Of a stretch of 64,000 nt of DNA, positions 57,877 to 64,000 are shown one piece after another (the stretch's first letter is position 1; every line of letters starts with the position of its first letter). Where the stretch lies: assembly GCA_011526585.1 (NCBI GenBank), contig WYBB01000243.1, positions 16,495 to 80,494 on the forward strand, in the 5' to 3' direction. A program made the position numbers and the translations under genes. Under the pieces are notes generated by a model. It saw only the letters and a list, made by a program, of their open reading frames with translations. It was not told the origin of the DNA and did not search any database. The DNA comes from Deltaproteobacteria bacterium. Lineage in GTDB: Bacteria > Myxococcota_A > UBA9042 > PHBI01.

Positions 57877-58755
57877 TCACGCGCCGGGCGCCGCGGCCGG
57901 GATGAAGCGCCGCCCGATCAGCAGGGCGACGAGACAGGTGAAGTAGGCGAGGATCCCGTAGACGACCGAAGGCATCGCGATCTCCTCGCTGCCGAGCACC
58001 GTCATCGCCAGCCCCATGCCGAGCGCCGCGTTCTGCATGCCGACCTCGATGCCGATCGTGACCGCCTGTCTCAGGTGCAGGCGAAACGCCAGCGCCGAGA
58101 GGAGGCCGATCGCGATGGTGCCGAGCGAGAGGGTCAGGACCGGCATGCCGAGGATGGCGAAGTACTCGGCGATGCGATCCTTTTCCTTGAGCACCGCGCC
58201 GACGATCAAGATGACCAGGAGCACGACCGCGACGCGCTTGAAGTGCTTCTCGGCGACCAACGCCTTTTCCTCCCAGCGCGCGCGCACGAGCATGCCGATC
58301 GCCAGCGGCAGACCGACGATGAAGAGCAGCTGCAGGATCGTGTCGGCGGCGTCCATGTGGATCTCGCGCTTGGCGCCCATGAACGTGTCGAGCGCGAGCC
58401 CGGTGACGAACGGGATGGTGAACATCGTCAGCACGCCGCTGACGGCGGTCAGGCTCACGGACAGTGCGGTGTCGCCGCGCGCGAGGTTGCTGTAGAGGTT
58501 CGACGAAGGCCCGCCCGGGCACGCGGTGATCAGCACGAGGCCGACCGCCAGCGGCGCCGGCAGCTCGAAGAGGAAGGCGAGCGCGAACCCCGCCAGCGGC
58601 AGGACGACCATCTGGTTCACGACGCCGAGCAGCATCGCGGTCGGCTGGGTGACGACGCGCTTGAAGTCGGCGACGGTCAGCCCGAGCCCCATCGCCAGCA
58701 TGATCACGCCGAGCGTGACCGGGATGTAGAGCTTGACGATGTCTTGTGCGGTCAT
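57877..58755 (-). CDS. Bile acid:sodium symporter family protein
   Basis: IMLAMGLGLT, ACPGGPSSN, GIEVGMQNAAL; start ATG 58755. Confidence 0.93.
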   Translation of the reverse strand: MTAQDIVKLYIPVTLGVIMLAMGLGLTVADFKRVVTQPTAMLLGVVNQMVVLPLAGFALAFLFELPAPLAVGLVLITACPGGPSSNLYSNLARGDTALSVSLTAVSGVLTMFTIPFVTGLALDTFMGAKREIHMDAADTILQLLFIVGLPLAIGMLVRARWEEKALVAEKHFKRVAVVLLVILIVGAVLKEKDRIAEYFAILGMPVLTLSLGTIAIGLLSALAFRLHLRQAVTIGIEVGMQNAALGMGLAMTVLGSEEIAMPSVVYGILAYFTCLVALLIGRRFIPAAAPGA

Positions 58756-61010
58756 CGCGGCGCGCTCGCGGAGGTGGCGTCGAAGGTGAGACGGTCGGGG
58801 TAGCGCAGCTCGAGGCGCCCCTCCGGGAAGGTACCCGAAGTGAACGCCGCCGTCCTGCCGTCGGGCCAGCGCACCTCCAGCGTGTAGCTGCACGGGAAGT
58901 CGCCGAGACCGAAGTGCTGCGTCATGCCGTCCATGCCGTTGTACATGCCGCGGCTGCCCTGCACCTCGCGCGTCTGCTGGCGCGCGTCGGCGGCGACGAG
59001 GCGTAGCCGCGTGCCGATCCCGTCGCGGTTGACGTTGACGCCGTCGCCGAAGACGCGGATCGCCAGCCACCGGTTGAGGTGGCCGATCTCGTTGCGGAAC
59101 AGGAAATTGGGGCGCCCGCCGCCGCCGTCGCGCCCGCCGATCAAGAGGTCGAGATCGCCGTCGTGATCGATGTCGGACCACGCGTGGTTCTGCGCGCGCC
59201 GACCCTGCTGGAGCGGCCGGCAGAACGATTGGGTCACGCCGAGCGCGTCGGAGAAGAAGTGGCCGCACGACTCGCCGGTCGCGTCCGAGCACTCGGCGTC
59301 GCTCGTGCACGGCGTGCGGCAGGCGGCGAAGTAGCAGCGCTCGCCGTCGGGGCAGGCGCCATCGTCGCTGCACGCGGTGAGGCTCGCGGCGTAGCGGCTC
59401 TCGAGGTTGTTGATGCCGCTGTCGATGCCGAGCGAGGCGAAGCGGCCGTCGGCGGTCTGGCGCATGAGGCCGAACCAGCCCTTCTGATCGAGGTCGGCGT
59501 AGGCGGCCTCGTACTTGGAGTCGCGCGAGAGCGAGAGGTCGAGGCGGCCGTCGTTGTCGAAGTCGATGGCGGCGCCGTCGACGTCGCCTTCGTTGAAGGG
59601 CAGGCCGACGGCGAGGAAGCGGTTTTCGAAGGCGAAGGACGCGCCCGGTCCGCCGTTGATGAGGAGCTGGGTCGGGTCGGACCACTTGCGGCTGTAGTCG
59701 CCGTCGACCGGGTGCGAGATCGCGGTCTGGAAGATGTCCATGTAGCCGTCGTTGTCGATGTCGTCGCAGTCGACACCGAAGCCGTTGTCGCCGACGTAGG
59801 TGGCCGGCGTGGCGCCGGGCTCGTCGTCGCGGCCGCGGCCGGTCGAGGCGAGCCAGTAGTTGCCGGTCGACTGCGCGGCGTAGTTCTTGGACTGCGCGAC
59901 CTCGACGAAGTTGCCCTGGCCGTCGTTCTGCCAGAGCAGGTTGTGGCCCTTGGCGGTCGAGACGCCGTAGGTCGACACGACGATGTCGAGGTCGCCGTCG
60001 TCGTCGAAGTCGCAGGTGACGCTGCCGTTGGAGGCGAGGATCTTGTTGCCGAGGAGCCGGTTGGACACGTCGCTGAAGGTGCCGTCGCCGTTGCCGCGGA
60101 AGAGGAAGTCGCGTCCGGCGTAGCTGGTCTGGCCGACTCCGAGGTAGAGGTCGAGCACGGCGTCGCCGTCGAAGTCGCCGAAGACGGCGTTGCCCACCGC
60201 GGGCGGGACCGCGGGCACGGCGATCCCGGAGCTCGGCACCCGCGTGAAGTGGGCCTGCCCGTCGTTGAGGAAGACGCCGTGGTCGCCGCCGGGGATCCCT
60301 TGCGCGTCGAGGCCGGCGAAGCAGTCGAGGTCGCCGTCGTTGTCGACGTCGCCGAAGGCGAAGAAGCCGGCCTGCACGTCGCGCAGCCCGCTCGCGGTGG
60401 AGTGGTCGGTGAAGGTGCCGTCGCCGTCGTTGAGGAAGACGAGGTGCTCGAAGGGAACCCCGGACTGCGGATTCGGGAAGAGGCTGTGGGCGACGATGTC
60501 GTCGAAGCCGTCGCCGTCGAGGTCGACGAAGGCGAGGCGCGAGTGGTCGTTGATCGGGACCTTGATAGGGTGGTCCTTCAGGTAGTTGTCGACCTGGATC
60601 CCGGCCGGGCGCGAGACCTCGACGAAGAAGGCGCGCTCGGGGGTGACGGCCTGGCGCTCGGTGCAGGTGAAGACCTGGGCGTCGGGGCCGGTGTCACTCG
60701 GCCCGAGGTCAGGCGCGGTGTCGAGCGCGCCGTCGGGCACAGCGTCGTGTGCGTCGTCGGCGAGGTCGGGCGGGTCGGCGTCGGGCGGGCTCGCATCTGG
60801 CGCGTCGTCCGACGGTGCCGCGTCGCCCTGGGCGCCGTCCTGCCCGCCGTCGAGGACCGCGTCGCTCTCGTCGAGCGCATCGGCGTCGGCGCCGTCGAGC
60901 TCGGCGCCGTCGAGCTCGGCGCCGGTGTCGGCCCCACGCGTGCCGTTTTCTCCGCCGTCGCCGCAGGCGGCGATCGACAACACGAACCAGATGGCGCTCC
61001 GCACGCTCAT
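58752..61010 (-). CDS. CRTAC1-like FG-GAP/VCBS repeat lipoprotein with ASPIC/UnbV C-terminal domain
   Basis: SIAAC lipobox; acidic linker; repeated DxDxDGxxD motifs; DGIGTRL...QHFGLG...VRWPDG. Confidence 0.88.
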   Translation of the reverse strand: MSVRSAIWFVLSIAACGDGGENGTRGADTGAELDGAELDGADADALDESDAVLDGGQDGAQGDAAPSDDAPDASPPDADPPDLADDAHDAVPDGALDTAPDLGPSDTGPDAQVFTCTERQAVTPERAFFVEVSRPAGIQVDNYLKDHPIKVPINDHSRLAFVDLDGDGFDDIVAHSLFPNPQSGVPFEHLVFLNDGDGTFTDHSTASGLRDVQAGFFAFGDVDNDGDLDCFAGLDAQGIPGGDHGVFLNDGQAHFTRVPSSGIAVPAVPPAVGNAVFGDFDGDAVLDLYLGVGQTSYAGRDFLFRGNGDGTFSDVSNRLLGNKILASNGSVTCDFDDDGDLDIVVSTYGVSTAKGHNLLWQNDGQGNFVEVAQSKNYAAQSTGNYWLASTGRGRDDEPGATPATYVGDNGFGVDCDDIDNDGYMDIFQTAISHPVDGDYSRKWSDPTQLLINGGPGASFAFENRFLAVGLPFNEGDVDGAAIDFDNDGRLDLSLSRDSKYEAAYADLDQKGWFGLMRQTADGRFASLGIDSGINNLESRYAASLTACSDDGACPDGERCYFAACRTPCTSDAECSDATGESCGHFFSDALGVTQSFCRPLQQGRRAQNHAWSDIDHDGDLDLLIGGRDGGGGRPNFLFRNEIGHLNRWLAIRVFGDGVNVNRDGIGTRLRLVAADARQQTREVQGSRGMYNGMDGMTQHFGLGDFPCSYTLEVRWPDGRTAAFTSGTFPEGRLELRYPDRLTFDATSASAPR

Positions 61011-61032
61011 GCCTCCGCTCCCGCGCATTGAC

Positions 61033-61246
61033 GACAGGCGGGTGCGAGTAGCATTCGTGAATGGCGTTTGCAACTCGCGGGCGGGGTGGCGGCGGCTGGG
61101 GGGAGGAGTAGGTACGATCATTGTTGGCGGTGAAGACGGCACATCACCGAGGATCGCACCATGGCCAACCCGACCGACCACAGGTTCCTGGCGCTGCCGA
61201 CCCGTGCCGGAGGCCGTCAAGCCGTCGTTGCGCAAGTCCATGGAGG
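61033..61246 (+). repeat. Diverged direct repeat, copy 1 (promoter and frameshifted 5' end of the gene at 62898)
   Basis: GACAGGCGGGTGCGAGTAGCATTCGTGAATGGCGTTTGCA...GAGGATCGCACCATGGCCAACCCGACCGACCAC...CATGGAGG, matching 62773-62982. Confidence 0.92.
61161..61246 (+). pseudogene. Truncated, frameshifted remnant of the 62898-63356 gene
   Basis: MANPTDHRFLALPT, then an extra base (ACCCGTG vs ACGGTG); VPEAVKPSLRKSME continues in another frame. Confidence 0.75.
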
Positions 61247-61349
61247 CGCCCCCTCCGGCGTCGGCGGCGCTGAGCGACATGCTGCGCGGAGAGCTCGGCC
61301 ACCTCGGGCTCGGCTGAGGCTCCGCTGCGAGGCGCTCGCGTACCGCGGG

Positions 61350-61889
61350 TCAGGGCTTCAGCACACCGGCGGTGACCTCCGACACGATCGCGTCGTAACG
61401 GCGGATCAGGGCATCGAGCGCTTTGTCTTCGTAGCGGTCACCATGCCACAGAGAGGCGCTGCAGACCGACCTCGCCCCATCGGTGATCGCGATCTCGACC
61501 GGCACGTCGTCCGGTTCTCGACCTCCTTCTGCCGGTCTCAACCGGCAGAAACCAGTGCCCGCGAGCTCGCGCCCGATTTCGCCGATCCGCCCGCGCGACC
61601 AGGTCGCGCTCCACGACTTGTCCGTACCGCTCTTGCGCTGCGTCACCGTGACAAGTCCGTCGCCGCGCACGTCGACACGTACGCGCCCACTGCGGAAGTG
61701 CTCGATGCCGAGCGTCATCGACACGACGATCGCGTCGTTGTCGCCGAGGTGCTCGAGCAGATCTTGGCCGTCGTTCGACGGCGCGGTGCTCGTCTCGTCC
61801 ATCTCCGTTCCTCTGGCCGCGTCATCCGGTCTGGCGCATGCGACCTCGATCGTTGCCGCGAGCGGCACCAGAGCCAAGGCCCATCTCAC
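61350..61889 (-). CDS. Putative lipoprotein, candidate immunity/inhibitor protein
   Basis: GTGA-coupled to the peptidase gene; hydrophobic N-terminus ending in VAC. Confidence 0.65.
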   Translation of the reverse strand: MRWALALVPLAATIEVACARPDDAARGTEMDETSTAPSNDGQDLLEHLGDNDAIVVSMTLGIEHFRSGRVRVDVRGDGLVTVTQRKSGTDKSWSATWSRGRIGEIGRELAGTGFCRLRPAEGGREPDDVPVEIAITDGARSVCSASLWHGDRYEDKALDALIRRYDAIVSEVTAGVLKP

Positions 61890-62662
61890 TTGCTCGCCCC
61901 GAGCGAGCGGCCGGTAGCACCGGCGATGTCGCCGGCGATGGTGTCTCCATGGCGCTGCTTGGCCTCCGCCTTGCCTTCGCCCTCGGCATAGTAGTCGCCC
62001 ATGATCGAGTTGTCTTTGTGGGCGCCGGGTTTGCTGGCGTCGGCCCGGTCGGGCACGGCGGAGTCGACGTACTCGTCTTTCAGCCCGAGCTGATGACCGA
62101 GCTCGTGCGCGAGCGTGATGTTGTCGACTTGCTTCACGTACCAGTTGCGCCGGTTGTCGCGACCCTCGCCTGGGTGCAGCGTGACCGCGACGTGCTCGCC
62201 CGTGTCCACGAACGCCAGGGACAGCCTCAACTTGTACTTCGTCTTGGTCGCATTATCGGTGATGGTGAACTTGTTATCCCAGTACTTCTGGAACTGCGCC
62301 TGAGCGAGCCCCTTGATCTTCTTCTGGTCGTCCTCGGTGACCGTGGAATCCGCCGGGGTCAGCTTCACCTTGACCGTGATGTTGCACTGCAGCGCCTTGT
62401 CGTCGAAGTCGACGTCATAAGACGAGGTCCATTGGTAAGGCCCGTCCTTGTTCTGCTTCGTGACGGTCGCACGCTGGACGGCGTCTTGGCGCTGAACGGG
62501 GGCGCCGCGCGGGGCCAGCATCTGTACTTGCTCCGCGAAGCCTCTGCCGTGTAGCGCCAGCTTCGCCTGCACCGCAGCCGTGCCGCTCCCGGGGGAAGAA
62601 CCTGTCTTTGCGGCCTCTCCGTTCGTCGCAGAGGGCGCACGCTCGGGTTCTCGCAACGCCAT
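61886..62662 (-). CDS. Zn metallopeptidase with VQxK/VQR-rich leader
   Basis: LAHELGHQLGLKDEY and NSIM Met-turn; leader VQAK...VQRQDAVQR; Lys/Thr-rich and visibly lower GC. Confidence 0.82.
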   Translation of the reverse strand: MALREPERAPSATNGEAAKTGSSPGSGTAAVQAKLALHGRGFAEQVQMLAPRGAPVQRQDAVQRATVTKQNKDGPYQWTSSYDVDFDDKALQCNITVKVKLTPADSTVTEDDQKKIKGLAQAQFQKYWDNKFTITDNATKTKYKLRLSLAFVDTGEHVAVTLHPGEGRDNRRNWYVKQVDNITLAHELGHQLGLKDEYVDSAVPDRADASKPGAHKDNSIMGDYYAEGEGKAEAKQRHGDTIAGDIAGATGRSLGASK

Positions 62663-62772
62663 CCTGGCTCTCCCTGTCGTGGACCGCGAAACGCTAGCAC
62701 GGGCGATCGCTGCGGTTCAAGCGGGCGGGCGCACATCCCTTGCACGAGCGCCCCCGCGGCGCCCTCGTGGGT

Positions 62773-62982
62773 GACAGGCGGGTGCGAGTAGCATTCGTGA
62801 ATGGCGTTTGCAGCTCGCGCGCGGGATGGCGGCGGCGGGTGGAGTCGGTACGATCATTGTAAGCGGTGAAAAGCGGCACATCATCGAGGATCGCACCATG
62901 GCCAACCCGACCGACCACAAGTTCCTGGCGCTACCGACGGTGCCCGAGGCCGTCAAACCGCTGTTGCGCAAGCTCATGGAGG
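62773..62982 (+). repeat. Diverged direct repeat, copy 2 (intact promoter and gene start)
   Basis: Matches 61033-61246 at an offset of about 1740 bp. Confidence 0.92.
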
Positions 62983-63356
62983 GCGACCTGCTCTCGCTCG
63001 GGGTGCTGCGCGCCATGGTCGAGAGCTATCTGCGCGTGATCCGCGACGCCGCGCGCAAGGGGCGCCCGGTCAACGTCGAGCTGGGCGAGGGGATCGCCGC
63101 TTCGCTGCTGGCACTCATCGCGCGCGTCGACGAGCGCACGACCGAGGACGATCGCCGCCTGGTGCAGGCCGCCGTGCGCTACTTCGTCATCGAGAACGAC
63201 GGCATGGGGCACGACCTCGCGCACGAGGACGGGCTCTTCGACGACGCGCGCGTCGTCAACGCCTTGATGCGCTGGTGCGGGCGCGACGACCTGATGTTGC
63301 AAATGCCGCAGCTCGCCGAGCGACGTCGCCCACCCCCGCGCGTCGCCAGGGCGTGA
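62898..63356 (+). CDS. DUF1232/YkvA-like protein
   Basis: GAGG RBS; AAVRYFVIEND...D...GLFDDARVV resembles the YkvA motif. Confidence 0.6.
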   Translation: MANPTDHKFLALPTVPEAVKPLLRKLMEGDLLSLGVLRAMVESYLRVIRDAARKGRPVNVELGEGIAASLLALIARVDERTTEDDRRLVQAAVRYFVIENDGMGHDLAHEDGLFDDARVVNALMRWCGRDDLMLQMPQLAERRRPPPRVARA

Positions 63357-63424
63357 AGAAGCGCCGCGCGCGTCGCGGTCGGGTGCGAACAGTCGACCCC
63401 AGCGGGGCCGGCTGACCCCATTTG

Positions 63425-64000
63425 TCATCGCGAATCGAGCGCCTCGAGCATGCGCAGGAGCTCGAGCTCGAGCGCGCGCACGGCTCCGGCCGGGTCCCGC
63501 GACGAGTCGATGACGAGCTCGGGCGTCTGCGGTGGCTCGTAGGGCGCGCCGACGCCGGTGAGGTCCTTGAGCTCGCCGCGCGCGGCCCTGGCGTAGAGGC
63601 CCTTCGGGTCGCGCGCGGAGCACACCTCGACGGGGCAGCGCACCCAGACCTCGAGGAAGCGGCCGGGCTCGAAGAGCGCGCGGATCATCGCGCGATCGGC
63701 GATGGCCGGGGACACGAAGGCGCAGAGCGTGATCGCGCCGGCGTCGACCAGGAGACGCGCCGCGTGCCCGGCGCGGCGCAGGTTCTCGCTGCGATCGGCC
63801 GGCGAGAAGCCGAGCCCGGCGTTGAGCCCGCCGCGGAGCTCGTCGCCGTCGAGCACGTAGCTGCGCAGGCCGCGCTGGAAGAGCACGCGCTCGACCCCGC
63901 GCGCCAGCGTCGTCTTGCCAGCAGCCGGCAAGCCGGTCAGCCACACGCACAGGGCCGGATGTCCCGCCAGCCGCTCCCGCTCACCGCGCGTCACGCGCTC
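63425..64000 (-). CDS. cysC: Adenylyl-sulfate kinase (5' partial; may be the C-terminal domain of CysNC)
   Basis: WLTGLPAAGKTT, LDGDELR, DRSENLRR, RDPKGLY, TGVGAPYEPP; frame open to the window end. Confidence 0.93.
   Translation of the reverse strand, partial: ERVTRGERERLAGHPALCVWLTGLPAAGKTTLARGVERVLFQRGLRSYVLDGDELRGGLNAGLGFSPADRSENLRRAGHAARLLVDAGAITLCAFVSPAIADRAMIRALFEPGRFLEVWVRCPVEVCSARDPKGLYARAARGELKDLTGVGAPYEPPQTPELVIDSSRDPAGAVRALELELLRMLEALDSR

Noticed and set aside
61033-62982. IS element or prophage
   Set aside because: No transposase, integrase, terminal inverted repeats or phage genes; the repeats are host promoter/gene sequence.
1-64000. tRNA, rRNA, CRISPR arrays
   Set aside because: None recognised; intergenic gaps are short and no repeat-spacer pattern was seen. 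Not confirmed computationally.

Overview
Very GC-rich (roughly 70-75% by eye), gene-dense bacterial DNA, most likely Myxococcota/deltaproteobacterial (inferred from lipoprotein style, gene content and a Myxococcus-type LexA box). About 55 real genes; most long ORFs in the track are GC-driven shadows. Main points: (1) a nine-gene, almost fully translationally coupled minus-strand operon (<1-11479) built around a 1062-aa tubulin/FtsZ-like GTPase, with a possible degenerate membrane-anchored paralog, a single-pass vWA protein, membrane-anchored PP2C and FHA proteins, a Zn-finger microprotein, a TlpA-like thioredoxin and a membrane P-loop protein missed by the ORF track - the best candidate for an uncharacterised system; (2) an archaeal-style nurA-herA-sbcD-sbcC operon with a Myxococcus-type LexA box upstream; (3) a metallopeptidase plus lipoprotein cassette between two ~210-bp diverged direct repeats; (4) a class II GATase-transglutaminase fusion lacking the catalytic Cys; (5) a rifampin phosphotransferase. 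Housekeeping or common genes include proS, miaB, cysC, regA/regB, atoE, an RsmB/RsmF methylase, GST and glutathione peroxidase. No rRNA, tRNA, CRISPR array, transposase or integrase was recognised. Start codons were chosen by eye.
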